DNA of 64,000 nucleotides from Candidatus Eiseniibacteriota bacterium (GTDB lineage Bacteria; Eisenbacteria; RBG-16-71-46; CAVPCR01): NCBI GenBank assembly GCA_963702435.1, contig CAVPCR010000004.1, positions 288,001 to 352,000 of the forward strand, read 5' to 3'. Shown piece by piece: positions 52,851 to 62,961 of this stretch (position 1 is its first letter; each line of letters starts with the position of its first letter). The notes under the pieces were generated by a model. It saw only the letters and a program-made list of their open reading frames with translations, ran no database searches and was not told where the DNA came from. The position numbers and the translations under genes were made by a program.

Positions 52851-55126
52851 CGAATGACCGCCATCTTGCGCGTGGCCGTGAAATCGCCCGCAGTCAGGCG
52901 GTAGAAGTAGACGCCGCTCGGCAGCGGGGGACCGCCGCCGGCACCGTTCCACTCGACCGCGTGCTCCCCTGCGTTCATCACGCCCGACACGAGCCGCTGC
53001 ACCTCCCGGCCCTGGACGTCGTAGATCGCGAGGCGGACCGGCCCCGCCTCGCGGAGCGAGAAGCGGATGGTCGTCCACGGGTTCACCGGATTCGGGGTGT
53101 TCGCGCCGAGCCAGTTCGCCGCGGCCACCGGCGCCTCCTCGGCTCCCGTCGTGCCGGGGTCCACGCGCAGGATCAGCGCCACGTTTCTGACCGCGGTGTC
53201 GGGGTCGTTCGAGTGCACCTCCAGGGTGCCGCTGTAGTTCCCGACCGCGAGCCCGGTGGCGTCGAAGGTGACCACCGAGGTCCGGTTCTCCCCGGGCGGA
53301 ACCGTGTTGGAGAGCGGTGCTGCGGACACCCACGGGATGCCGCCGCCGGCCTCGACCAGGTTGTAGTCGAGCGGATCGAGGGTGCCCGTGTTGCCGACCA
53401 CCAGGTTCCTGGTCGTCTGCGTGTTCTGATTCAGCACGATGCTGAAGAAGAGCGGGCTGGTGGTGAGGTTGGGATAGGTCGCGGGCACGTTCATCGCCTT
53501 GATCCGGAGGTCGTAGTGTCCGTGGAGGGACATGATGCCGTACGGGGCGGCGGACGAGCGACGCACCATCACGTAGATGTCCTGCGTGGTCGGCGGCACC
53601 CAGCTCGTGCTCGAGCGCAGGACCTCGAAGGCGTTGTTCTGCCCGGGGCTCGGGGTGCCGACGTTGTCATGGGATGCCACCACCGTGAGTCCGGCGTTCC
53701 GGACCTCGAGGTAGGTGTCGGCGCCATCGCGCATGGTGCGGGTCTCGATCTGATAGGTGACTCCGGCCAGGCCGCTGAAGCGCACCCAGTCCTGGTCGCC
53801 CGCGACCCAGGTCGTGTGGTGGGTCGTCAGCCCGGCGCTGATGTCCTCGAAGGAGTGGGACAGCTGTGCCTCGGCCGAACTGTTGTCGTTCTCGAAGGCG
53901 TCGGCGCGGTACTGGATCCCGTGGTTCAGGTCCTCGATCATGCCGAGCTCGGTGGCCTGCGGCGGGATCACGTTCTGGACCCAGAGCAGGTGGAAGTCCT
54001 CGTAGGTGAGATCCCCCGAGAACGGCGGCTGCGAGAGGTAGGTGCGGGTGAAGGTCCAGGTGTCGCTGAAGGGCCGATCCATCTGGTACCCGGGCTCATC
54101 GTCCACACCGGGCGTGCGGTCGAGAGTCGCGTCGCCATCGGTCATGTCCCACAGGGAACCCTGGACCGCATTCTCGCAAGCGGCGCCGGTGCAGCCGCTG
54201 TAGGTCTCGAGGTCGTAGGAGAAGTTGATGACCCCGGTCGTCGAGTCGCCGGTCGAGGTCAGGTACACCTGGGGGTGGTTGATCCCGAGCCAGTCGCGGA
54301 CGTTCGAACCCCAGAAGGTGGGCCAGCCCTCGCCGAACGACAGGCGTGGATCCTGGGCGCTGTCACCGATGTAGTGCGTCCCGCCGGGGTTGTCGCTGAA
54401 ACTCCCGTAGCGGTTCTGGACGTAGTGACCCATCTCGTGCAGGAGGATGGTGTCGTCGTAGCCGAAGTTCCCCCCCATGTTGACGTTGCCGTCGTAGTAG
54501 CCGACATTGGGGGAGACATCGAGCGAGAAGCGGATGCGGAGCGGAACCGGGGGCCGGACGCCGCCCTCGAGCGAGGCGATGAAATCCGCTCCGTCGAGCG
54601 CGACGTCGTAGAGGTTGAACGGCTCGCCGCCGGATCGGTAGCGCATGACCACCGTCCCCATGTTGATGGGAGCGGTGGGCGCGTGGTTCGTGACCGCGAT
54701 GCCCTGGAAGGCGTGAATCGCGGCGCTGCTCCACTGGGTGACGTAATGCTGGAGATTGGGGGTCGCAGCGTTGTTGGTGAGGGCGAGGACGGCAACGTTT
54801 CGCACCTGCGAGTCGGTCACGTTGATCGAGAAGGATCCGTTCAGGTCGGTGGCGCCCTGGGCCAGAACGGCAAGTGTAATGCTGTCGATGACATTGACGT
54901 CGACCAGCCGGCAAGGCTTGTTCACGTGCGGGCTCTGGAAGCCGTTGATGTCGATCGGCAGGTCCTCGTACATGAAGGTCCCGGTCGCCGTGAAGTCGGC
55001 GCCCGCCGGTCTGCCTGCGACCATGAGAACGGCGAAGATCGCGAGGGACGAGAGGAAGAGAGGGCTCGAGGCCCGGGGTCCGGCCGGAATGACCACGTTC
55101 GCGCTCGGGAGCAGACGGCGTCGCAT
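52847..55126 (-). CDS. Secreted zinc metalloprotease-like protein with PPC/Ig-like domains and FlgD-Ig-like C-terminal domain
   Basis: Signal peptide; LLHEMGHY with downstream SFGEGW; DQDW; PNPVNP...GVYFYRL...KMAVIR. Confidence 0.8.
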   Translation of the reverse strand: MRRRLLPSANVVIPAGPRASSPLFLSSLAIFAVLMVAGRPAGADFTATGTFMYEDLPIDINGFQSPHVNKPCRLVDVNVIDSITLAVLAQGATDLNGSFSINVTDSQVRNVAVLALTNNAATPNLQHYVTQWSSAAIHAFQGIAVTNHAPTAPINMGTVVMRYRSGGEPFNLYDVALDGADFIASLEGGVRPPVPLRIRFSLDVSPNVGYYDGNVNMGGNFGYDDTILLHEMGHYVQNRYGSFSDNPGGTHYIGDSAQDPRLSFGEGWPTFWGSNVRDWLGINHPQVYLTSTGDSTTGVINFSYDLETYSGCTGAACENAVQGSLWDMTDGDATLDRTPGVDDEPGYQMDRPFSDTWTFTRTYLSQPPFSGDLTYEDFHLLWVQNVIPPQATELGMIEDLNHGIQYRADAFENDNSSAEAQLSHSFEDISAGLTTHHTTWVAGDQDWVRFSGLAGVTYQIETRTMRDGADTYLEVRNAGLTVVASHDNVGTPSPGQNNAFEVLRSSTSWVPPTTQDIYVMVRRSSAAPYGIMSLHGHYDLRIKAMNVPATYPNLTTSPLFFSIVLNQNTQTTRNLVVGNTGTLDPLDYNLVEAGGGIPWVSAAPLSNTVPPGENRTSVVTFDATGLAVGNYSGTLEVHSNDPDTAVRNVALILRVDPGTTGAEEAPVAAANWLGANTPNPVNPWTTIRFSLREAGPVRLAIYDVQGREVQRLVSGVMNAGEHAVEWNGAGGGPPLPSGVYFYRLTAGDFTATRKMAVIR

Positions 55127-55141
55127 GGGTCATTCCTCCTC

Positions 55142-55741
55142 TTACTGATCCCGGTTCTTGTGAATGACGACGGGAACGGGCTCGCCATCCATGCCGATCA
55201 GGGTCCGCTCCTCCGGGGCCGGCGAGTCAGGCGCGCCGGGGTCCACGTAGACCGAGGTGGCGGACGTGAACACTTCCCCGTCGGGGAGGCGCGTCGTGAT
55301 CTGCGCGCGGACGAAGGCCCCCTGGTCTCCCGGCAGCGCCACCGCGACCGGGATCGCCGCCACCTCCTCGTAGCCCAGGCGGCCGCTCCAGCGGGCAAGC
55401 CCGCCGGTGATGACCGCACCGGCGGGCGTCACCACCTCCGCCTCGATGTCGGCATCGGCAGCACCCGAGGTGATGACGACCTCGAGCCGGGCCGGCTCAC
55501 CCACTGCCGGCTCGCGGTCGCCCGTGAAGGTCACATGCACCGCCTGCCGCACGCCGAGATCGAGCCGCGGCATCTCGCTCGCCGTCCGCCGCACGACCAT
55601 GTCTTCTCCGCCTGCCGTGCGGACCGGCGGGGAGGGCGCGGCGAGCACGAAAGCGCCGGCCGCGACCAGCGGCAGCAACAGCCCGGCGAATCTCCGGGGC
55701 CGGCGCATGAGAGCCGTAAGTCGTTCGCAAGTGGGTCGCAT
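55142..55741 (-). CDS. Secreted hypothetical protein (Ig-like), directly upstream of the metalloprotease
   Basis: Signal-like segment, beta-rich sequence, AAGGAG RBS; 15-bp gap to the next gene. Confidence 0.65.
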   Translation of the reverse strand: MRPTCERLTALMRRPRRFAGLLLPLVAAGAFVLAAPSPPVRTAGGEDMVVRRTASEMPRLDLGVRQAVHVTFTGDREPAVGEPARLEVVITSGAADADIEAEVVTPAGAVITGGLARWSGRLGYEEVAAIPVAVALPGDQGAFVRAQITTRLPDGEVFTSATSVYVDPGAPDSPAPEERTLIGMDGEPVPVVIHKNRDQ

Positions 55742-55999
55742 GGGTTCTCCTTCGCCGCGGCGGTCGGGTACCCCTCGGACTCCGGGTGACGGTGGGACCT
55801 GAGGCGGGCAGGTAACCCATCTATTTTACCGCAAGGCCAGCGCCGCCGCCACGACCGTGCCGCCACTGATGTCGGTTCAGATGAGTGAGTTCGCCGGGCC
55901 GCCGCCCCTGCCGGCCCGGCTCCGCACGAGCGGCCGTGATACACTGGGGGCCATTTTCGGTGCCGCCACGCGGGCCAGATCAAAGTGAGGAGTTCCTGT

Positions 56000-56512
56000 A
56001 TGGACCAAGCCACGCGCAAGATCGTCCTCGACGCCGTCAAGACGGCGATCATCACCGAGCTCCGGGGCCTCGAGATCTACAAGGCGGCTGCGGAGCGCAC
56101 CACCGATCCCTCGGCCCGCCTCATGTTCCAGTCGCTGGCCACCGATGAGGAGCATCACAAGGCGTTCCTCGAGCTGAACTTCCAGAGCATCCTCGAGAAG
56201 GGGGAATGGGCGGTCCCGGCGACCGCCGAGAACCTCACTCCGCTCGACGATTCCGACGTGATCACGCCCCAGTTCCTGAAGCGCGTGAAGGGCGGCTCGT
56301 TCGAGATGGCGGTGGTCGCCGCCGGCTGTGAGCTCGAGCTCTCGGCGATCAACTTCTACACGCAGGCAGCCAGGGAATGCCCTGACGAGGAGTCGGCGAA
56401 GGTCTTCCGCTTCCTGGCCGACTGGGAGAAGGGTCACCTCGAGTCGCTGAATATGCTGGAAGCGCGGATGAAGGACGAGTACTTCGCCGAGCGGGGATTC
56501 ACGCCGATGTGA
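56000..56512 (+). CDS. Ferritin-like/rubrerythrin family protein
   Basis: E-x6-Y...DEEHH and E-x6-Y...WEKGH di-iron motifs; GAGGAG RBS. Confidence 0.88.
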   Translation: MDQATRKIVLDAVKTAIITELRGLEIYKAAAERTTDPSARLMFQSLATDEEHHKAFLELNFQSILEKGEWAVPATAENLTPLDDSDVITPQFLKRVKGGSFEMAVVAAGCELELSAINFYTQAARECPDEESAKVFRFLADWEKGHLESLNMLEARMKDEYFAERGFTPM

Positions 56513-56513
56513 T

Positions 56514-56603
56514 GCCGGGAGGAAGCAATCCCTCCCGGCGCCGTCCTCCGGCAGCACGGCTCGCACCAAAGGGACGAGGGCGGCTCTTGATGAGCCGCCC
56601 TCG
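56514..56603. terminator. Two hairpins between convergent genes
   Basis: GCCGGGAGG/CCTCCCGGC (56514-39) and CGAGGGCGGCTC-TTGAT-GAGCCGCCCTCG (56575-603); no T tracts. Confidence 0.6.
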
Positions 56604-56642
56604 CTGCGTGTGAGGTCGGATGCGACTGCTGCTACCGCGGGC

Positions 56643-59600
56643 TCACCGCAGCAGGGTCATCTGGCGGACTTGCTGGAAGCCGCCGGTCTCGAAGCGCATG
56701 AAGTAGATGCCGGAGGCGACCGGCTGACCCGCGCTCGTCGTGCCGTTCCAGGTCACCGCGTGCTCGCCGGCGGTCACCACCCCGTCCACGAGCGTCGAGA
56801 TGAGCCGGCCCGCGACATCGAAGATGCGGAGCGTCGCCGGTCCGGTCGCCGCGACCCGGAAGGAGACGGTCGTGTGCGGGTTGAAGGGATTGGGCCGGCA
56901 AGGACCGAGGCCGGTCATCGGCGCCGCCGCAGCCTCGGGCGCCGCCGCCGGCACGTGCTCCTGGATCTGCGGCACGAACTTGATGGCCCGCCCGGTCTGC
57001 ACGGCAGGTGCCCCGGGCGCGTACCGGTAGAAGTACGCGTAGAGGAGGCCGTCGGTCTGGTCCCGGTTCTCGATGCCGACCGTGAAGTAGCCGTCCGTCC
57101 CGTCGCTCGAGCCGGCCGCCTGGTACTGGAAGACGATGATGCCGTCGCCGGTGTCGGTCGGATACCACGCCGGATCGTAGAGGATGGCCTGGACCGTCAC
57201 GGTCTGCCCGCCGGTGTAGTTCCGGAAGTTCGACCACTCGACGATCCAGCGATGGTTGGCCGCGTCGTACTGCTGGTAGCACTTCGAGGTGCCCGAGAGC
57301 TGGTAGAGGTCGTCCCAGAACACGGCGAGCATCGCCGGCGGGCCGCCGGCGCCGGGGATCGTCCAGTTGCGGTAGCTCGTGAGATAGGACTGACCCATCG
57401 CGAGCCAGCCGTTCGAGCAGATGGTCGCGTGATTGTAGGTCTCACCGTAGTACTGGAACGGGAAGGGCAGGCTCACGATCCGCGACTTGTCCTGGGTGTC
57501 GCCGTAGTCGCCGAGCACGACCTCGGTGCCGGTGAGCGAGATCTCGACCCAGCTGTAGGTCGGCGCGTCCGGATAGGAGGTGTCGGTGTTGTCGAAGGCG
57601 TAGTAGCCGTAGCGATCCGGACCCACCGGATCGGTGGCCGCCCGCTGGCCGACGGTCACGCTGACCGTCGTGGTGTCGACCATGCCGCCCGTGAAGTGGG
57701 TGATGAGCAGGAAGGGAGCCACGTAGCCGCCGTAGGTATTGGTGGCGGCGCTCAGCGTGAAGTGGTCGCCGGCGTTGTTGCCGGTGCCGCCGGCGGGGAT
57801 GTCGCCGAAGGCGGCGTTCCCGTCGGCGACCGAGATGAAGTCGGAGAGCGCGATGAGCGTGGCCGTCGTCGCGGTGGCGGCGATGCGGCCCGCGTTGGTG
57901 AGCGCGACGCTCATCTCGACGGTCTCGCCCGGATCGAAGCGGCCGTTGCCGGAGTTGTAGAGCGTGACGGCGCCGGCGACCAGGTCGGCGGAATGGACGT
58001 CGAGCTCGATCAGCGAGTGGAACTGGCCCTGGGCGGTGGTCACCTCGAACCCGCACTGGACCAGGTGGCCGTCGGGACAGCCGGGATCCACGGTGAAGCT
58101 GAAGCCCGCGTTGGCCCACGCCGAGCCGCCGGCCGGGATGTCGGGGAAGGTGGTCGCGCCGGTCGTGATCGTGACGTAGGGGTCGTCGCACGTGAACTGG
58201 GCGGTGATCCCGGTGGCGGGTGCGGTCCCGGAGTTCCGGGCCTGGACGAGGAGCCCGATCGTCTCGCCGGGGTTCACGATGCCGTCGTCGCCGCCGCCGT
58301 CGCTGATCTGGGCCGACTGGTAGCCGACGAACACGTTCTGCGTGCCGACCGCGATCGAGCCGAGGTAGGGGTGCAGATTGTGTCCGGTGACGGTGAGGTC
58401 CATGGTGCCGGCGGTCCAGGGCTGGATCGGGAGATCGATCCGGCCGTTCTCGTCGGTGTACCCGGCGGCCTGGGTCTCGGTGCCCTTCCGAACGCAGACG
58501 AGCGCGCCGGCGACCGCGAACCCGTTCGAGGAGACGGTGACCGGCACCGAGTTGGCGCCGAGGGCGAAGGTTGGCGCGTAGGTCACGGTGAGCGCCTGCG
58601 GCACCGCGGTCCAGATGTCCACCGCCGGGTCGCCCATCAGGTTGTTCCAGTGCGCCCAGATCTGGGCCTCGGCCGGCTCCACGGCATGGTAGTTCAAGAA
58701 GAGCTCGAGCTTGCCGCGGGTGAGGGCCGCGCCCATCGCATGGTCGCCTTCCACGAGAAGCCCCTGGGAGATGCCGAAGAGCATGCAGTTGTTGTAGCGC
58801 GTGTGCGTGCCGAGAGTGGCGGTGCCGATGGCGCCGATAGCGCCGCGCGACGTGAAAGGCGGACCCACGGCCCCGGCGCGCAGGAAGGCCTCGCTCCGGC
58901 AGGCATTCTCGCCGGCGAAGGAGCCGGTGCCGCAGGTCAGCATGGCGGCGAAGGGCAGCCTCCAGCCGTTGGTGAGCGAATAGGTGTTCGTGTTGCTCCA
59001 CCCGCTCATGTTGTAGAAGCCGCGGTAGGTGAAGTAGGTGTCGCCCCGGTTCAGGGCGGTCGTCATCTGGCTCACGAAGGGACCCCAGAACACCGTGTCC
59101 ACCGCGGTGTAGTGTAGATCGCGGATGAGGACGCTCTTCACCCACTGTCCCGTCTCGATCGCGCTCGGCCCCGTGCCCTGCGCCGCATCGCCGACCACGC
59201 AAGCCCGCGTGAACCAGGTCGTGTCGGCCATGTAGGGCTGGCTCTCGTAGTTGACCGTCTTGTTGACGATGATGAGGAGCTCGTTCATGGTCGAGTAGGA
59301 GAGTCGCCCGATGTGGACATCGGCAAGGATGTCGTTGCCGACGAGCATCGTGTAGGGATGATCCCCCTCGCCGTTGTAACCGCTCAGGGTCTCGTACCAG
59401 ACCGGGATCACCGCCGCGTCGCCCACGAGCACCACGTGCTCCGGCGGCACCGGCCAGGTGGTGAACGCGTTGAGAATGTAGTTCCTGATCTGCTCCTTGG
59501 AGCTCCCGGTCTGGGCCGTGGTCGCGACCACCACCGGGTAGCCCTGGCGCTGGCGCCAGGCCACGAGATGCGACAGGCGATTGGCGACCGCCGTGTCGTC

Positions 59601-60317
59601 CCGGCAGATGACGAGGTAGCTCCCCGGCGCGACCGCCGCTCCCAGGGCCTGGGGGCCGCGGTAGTTGACGACCAGGCTGCGGTAGAGCCGGTCGAAGCTC
59701 GGCGCGATCGTCGGCCGGTGCGGGGCGCTCGCGTTCTCGCTCCCGCCCGCGATGAACTCGAGCTCGACCTCGAGGCGTCGCGCGAGCGTCAGCGTCTTGG
59801 CTCCCGGGTTGTAACGGACCGGCAGCAAGGTGACGGCGACCACGCGGAGATCGCGGAAGAGCATGGGCTCGCTCACGATCACATCGGCCGTCGAGTCGAG
59901 TCCGTCGCGCGCGTAGGCCGCCGCATCGTACGCGAACGCGGGGCCTTCCCCGTCCTGCACCGGGGCGAGCACGACGTCCGCTCGCTCCTCGCGGTCGTGC
60001 ACCACGGCGCGGGCGACGACCCGGACCCCGTCGGGGATCTCGACGAGCCGCGTGTAGGAGGGAATGGCCGGCTCGCCGACCTTGCCCTGCGTGCCGCCGC
60101 CGGGGATCGTCACGGCCTGGAAGGTGCGCCCCGCGTGCGCGACCGGAGTCGTGTCCATGGCGGGGAGCTCGAAGCGAAGGCGCAGACCGCGCGCATCCTC
60201 GCCGACGACCTGGAGCGAGGCCGGTATCGCGGGCTCTTCGTTGGCGGCGTGGAGAGGAACGGCCAGGGAGAGGGCGAGGAGGCTCCAGACGAGCCCCGGC
60301 GCTCGGACGCAACGCAT
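56643..60317 (-). CDS. Gingipain-like peptidase C25 family protein (propeptide, C25, Ig-like repeats, FlgD-Ig-like C-terminal domain)
   Basis: Signal peptide; GEPAIP, VVLVGD, DHPY, IGRLS, LTCGTG, NLMGDP; PNPFNP...SGIYFMRF. Confidence 0.9.
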   Translation of the reverse strand: MRCVRAPGLVWSLLALSLAVPLHAANEEPAIPASLQVVGEDARGLRLRFELPAMDTTPVAHAGRTFQAVTIPGGGTQGKVGEPAIPSYTRLVEIPDGVRVVARAVVHDREERADVVLAPVQDGEGPAFAYDAAAYARDGLDSTADVIVSEPMLFRDLRVVAVTLLPVRYNPGAKTLTLARRLEVELEFIAGGSENASAPHRPTIAPSFDRLYRSLVVNYRGPQALGAAVAPGSYLVICRDDTAVANRLSHLVAWRQRQGYPVVVATTAQTGSSKEQIRNYILNAFTTWPVPPEHVVLVGDAAVIPVWYETLSGYNGEGDHPYTMLVGNDILADVHIGRLSYSTMNELLIIVNKTVNYESQPYMADTTWFTRACVVGDAAQGTGPSAIETGQWVKSVLIRDLHYTAVDTVFWGPFVSQMTTALNRGDTYFTYRGFYNMSGWSNTNTYSLTNGWRLPFAAMLTCGTGSFAGENACRSEAFLRAGAVGPPFTSRGAIGAIGTATLGTHTRYNNCMLFGISQGLLVEGDHAMGAALTRGKLELFLNYHAVEPAEAQIWAHWNNLMGDPAVDIWTAVPQALTVTYAPTFALGANSVPVTVSSNGFAVAGALVCVRKGTETQAAGYTDENGRIDLPIQPWTAGTMDLTVTGHNLHPYLGSIAVGTQNVFVGYQSAQISDGGGDDGIVNPGETIGLLVQARNSGTAPATGITAQFTCDDPYVTITTGATTFPDIPAGGSAWANAGFSFTVDPGCPDGHLVQCGFEVTTAQGQFHSLIELDVHSADLVAGAVTLYNSGNGRFDPGETVEMSVALTNAGRIAATATTATLIALSDFISVADGNAAFGDIPAGGTGNNAGDHFTLSAATNTYGGYVAPFLLITHFTGGMVDTTTVSVTVGQRAATDPVGPDRYGYYAFDNTDTSYPDAPTYSWVEISLTGTEVVLGDYGDTQDKSRIVSLPFPFQYYGETYNHATICSNGWLAMGQSYLTSYRNWTIPGAGGPPAMLAVFWDDLYQLSGTSKCYQQYDAANHRWIVEWSNFRNYTGGQTVTVQAILYDPAWYPTDTGDGIIVFQYQAAGSSDGTDGYFTVGIENRDQTDGLLYAYFYRYAPGAPAVQTGRAIKFVPQIQEHVPAAAPEAAAAPMTGLGPCRPNPFNPHTTVSFRVAATGPATLRIFDVAGRLISTLVDGVVTAGEHAVTWNGTTSAGQPVASGIYFMRFETGGFQQVRQMTLLR

Positions 60318-60607
60318 TGTGACCTCCGGCTGGTGCTTCGTGGCGGTGGGCGCGATGCCTCCCGGAAGGCGAACGAGAAGGCAAGAGGCCCCGACGGCGG
60401 CCTACGTACAAGTGTGACTGACCTGAGCCGCGATGCATAGAGGATCTTCGCACGTTCCAGCCGCCTTCGCCGGGCGGGCGAGGCTGCGCACCTCCCCTGG
60501 ACCGCCGGTTGCCATGCCCGGTCACACCGCTCTATCCTCGTCCCCGCCATCCCGCACGCGATCGCAAGGCCCAGCGGGCCGGACCCTGCCGGCCGGGAGG
60601 TTGGACG

Positions 60608-61603
60608 ATGCCGCTCCTTCTCACCCGCCGCGATGTCGAGTCGGTGCTGACCATGGAGGAGACGATCGCCGCGGTCGAGGTCGGTCTTCGCCAGCTCGCG
60701 GCCGGCCGCGCGATCCTGCCGCAGCGCACGGCGATCCGCATGAACGAGCACCACGGCCTCCATCTCGGCATGCCCGCCTACATCGCCGGCGCGACCGCCG
60801 ACGATCCGGGCACGCTCGCGCTCAAGGCCGTGACCGTCTACCCGGACAATCCGTCTCGTCACCAGCTGCCGACCATCTTCGGGACGATCCTCTTGAACGA
60901 CGCGCGCACGGGGCAGCTCCTCGCGATCATGGACGCCGGATTCCTGACCGCGATGCGCACGGGCGCGGCCTCGGGAGTCGCGACCAGGTATCTCGCGCGC
61001 GAGGATGCGCGGAGCGCCGGCGTCTTCGGGGCCGGGGCGCAGGCGTGCACGCAGCTCATGGCGGTGGCGGCCGTGCGGCCGCTCGTGCGGGCCGCGGTCT
61101 GCGATCCGGCGCCCGCGGTCCGCGAGCGGTTCGCCGCCGAGATGAGCGCCCGGCTCGGGATCCCGGTCACGGCGACGACCGACCCCGACGACTGCCTGGC
61201 CTGCGACATCGTCATCGCGGCGACCTCGAGCGCGACGCCGATCTTCGACGGCACGAAGCTCCGCCCGGGGACGCACATCAATGCCGTGGGGTCGCACTCG
61301 CCGAACGCGCGCGAGCTCGACACGGAAGCTATCCGGCGATCCACGGTGGTGGCCGACCACAAGCCGGCCTGCCTCGCCGAGGCCGGGGATCTCCTCTTGC
61401 CCATCCAGGAGGGAGCGATCACCGAGGACCACATCGTGGCCTCGATCGGCGAGATAGCGGCAGGGGTGAAGCCGGGGCGGACCACGCGCGAGGAGATCAC
61501 GCTCTTCAAGTCGGTCGGCCTGGCGGTGGAAGATGTCGCGACGGCCGGGCGGGTCTACGCCCTTGCGCGCGCGGCGGGGGTGGGGAAGGAGATCGAGATC
61601 TAG
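60608..61603 (+). CDS. Ornithine cyclodeaminase/mu-crystallin family protein
   Basis: LTAMRTGAASG, GAGAQA, HINAVG, FKSVGLAVED. Confidence 0.92.
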   Translation: MPLLLTRRDVESVLTMEETIAAVEVGLRQLAAGRAILPQRTAIRMNEHHGLHLGMPAYIAGATADDPGTLALKAVTVYPDNPSRHQLPTIFGTILLNDARTGQLLAIMDAGFLTAMRTGAASGVATRYLAREDARSAGVFGAGAQACTQLMAVAAVRPLVRAAVCDPAPAVRERFAAEMSARLGIPVTATTDPDDCLACDIVIAATSSATPIFDGTKLRPGTHINAVGSHSPNARELDTEAIRRSTVVADHKPACLAEAGDLLLPIQEGAITEDHIVASIGEIAAGVKPGRTTREEITLFKSVGLAVEDVATAGRVYALARAAGVGKEIEI

Positions 61604-61795
61604 AGGCCGGCCGGGTCCGGCGGACCCCGGTCCGGCCGCTTCCGTCCGCGAAGTGGTCCGGCGAGACCTGATGACGAGACCTGATGACGTCGCCGCGCCG
61701 CTTCTGCTATCCTCCCCAAGCTTCCCCCTCCAGCCCCCGGAGCCGAGCCAAAAGCCGCCGTCATTCCAGTCATGCGGCGCGGCGATCAAGTCCCG

Positions 61796-62959
61796 ATGAC
61801 CCTCATCCGCAACAAGGAAGATCGTCTTTTCGTGCGTCACGGGCGACGCCATCACCGGCCCCGGCACTCCATGACCGAGGTCCGGATCGGCGCCGCGATC
61901 GTCCTCGTCCTCGGCCTGATCGCGGGCTGGATCGCGTGGAAGGGCGCTCATCCCGACCCTGCGCTCTTCGATGTGTCGGCCACCCTCCTGCCCTCGCCCG
62001 CGCCCGCCACCGATCGCGGACCGCTGCCCGAGGGGCTCGCCGGACCCGGGTGGAGCGCCGGCCGCATCTCCCGGTTCGACGCTTCGAACCTCTACGAGAA
62101 GATCAACGGCCGCGAGGACTTCTACAAGGCGCTGGGATTCGAGCATCTCACCTTCCAGTCCCTGGCCAGCGATGAGGATCCCGCCGTCACCGTCGACATC
62201 GAGCTCTTCGATCTGGGCTCGGCGCCGAATGCGATCGGCGCCTTCGCCGGCGAACGCTCCGCCGAGGCCCCGGCGGTGATCGCCGAGGGCGGGCTCGTGC
62301 AGCTCGCCCGCAACGCGCTCATCATGACGCGAGGCCGCTACTATGCGCGGGCGATCGGATCCGAGGAGTCGCCGCGCATCATGACTCAGCTCGAGCACGT
62401 GAAACGGGCCCTGGCCTCCGGGTTGCCGGCCGAGGAGCTGCCCTGGGCTTACGCGCTCTTCGTGGGCGAGCTCGGGATCGATCCGGGCCGGATCTCGTTC
62501 ACACCGGAGAACGCCTACTCGCTCGGGTTCGCGCGCAACGTCTATGCCGCGCTCGGGGACGATCAGGAGACCGAGAGCTTCGTCATTGCGACTCCCGACC
62601 CGGCGGCGGCCCGGTCGCTTGCAGCGCGCTTCGCGGCCGGCTTTCTCGAGCTGGGGACCGCCGCCGGCACCAGGGCGGGGGTCGCGTGGGTCAAGGATCG
62701 CTACATCGGCGCGATTGCGGGCGCCCGGGCCGAGCGGGCGTTCGTGGTCGGGGTCCACGGGGCCCCGGATGTCGACAGCGCCGCGCGCGCCCTGGGGCAG
62801 GTCGTCGCCGCGATCGGTCGCCTTCCGGCGGCCGAGCTCGAGCGCATCGCCGGCGAGGCCGCAGCGCCATCCGCGGCCGCCGGGGCCGCCGCGGCCGCCG
62901 CGGGCCGGGAGCCGACCACATCCGCAACAGGCGACGCCGAGTCGCCGAGCGAGTACTGA
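61796..62959 (+). CDS. Membrane-anchored hypothetical protein (DUF6599-like)
   Basis: One transmembrane segment, [19 protein letters not shown]...NAIGAF; upstream of the DUF362 gene. Confidence 0.65.
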   Translation: MTLIRNKEDRLFVRHGRRHHRPRHSMTEVRIGAAIVLVLGLIAGWIAWKGAHPDPALFDVSATLLPSPAPATDRGPLPEGLAGPGWSAGRISRFDASNLYEKINGREDFYKALGFEHLTFQSLASDEDPAVTVDIELFDLGSAPNAIGAFAGERSAEAPAVIAEGGLVQLARNALIMTRGRYYARAIGSEESPRIMTQLEHVKRALASGLPAEELPWAYALFVGELGIDPGRISFTPENAYSLGFARNVYAALGDDQETESFVIATPDPAAARSLAARFAAGFLELGTAAGTRAGVAWVKDRYIGAIAGARAERAFVVGVHGAPDVDSAARALGQVVAAIGRLPAAELERIAGEAAAPSAAAGAAAAAAGREPTTSATGDAESPSEY

Positions 62960-62961
62960 GC

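Noticed and set aside
51860..55789. 1309-aa plus-strand ORF, and similar long ORFs such as 56610..59117, 57442..60525, 39959..42523 and 5805..7559
   Set aside because: Antisense or off-frame shadows of well-supported genes; long stop-free frames are expected at this GC content and these have no recognisable motifs.
61662..61689. Tandem CTGATGA resembling a hammerhead ribozyme core
   Set aside because: No downstream GAAA or compatible stems; it is a simple 13-bp duplication.
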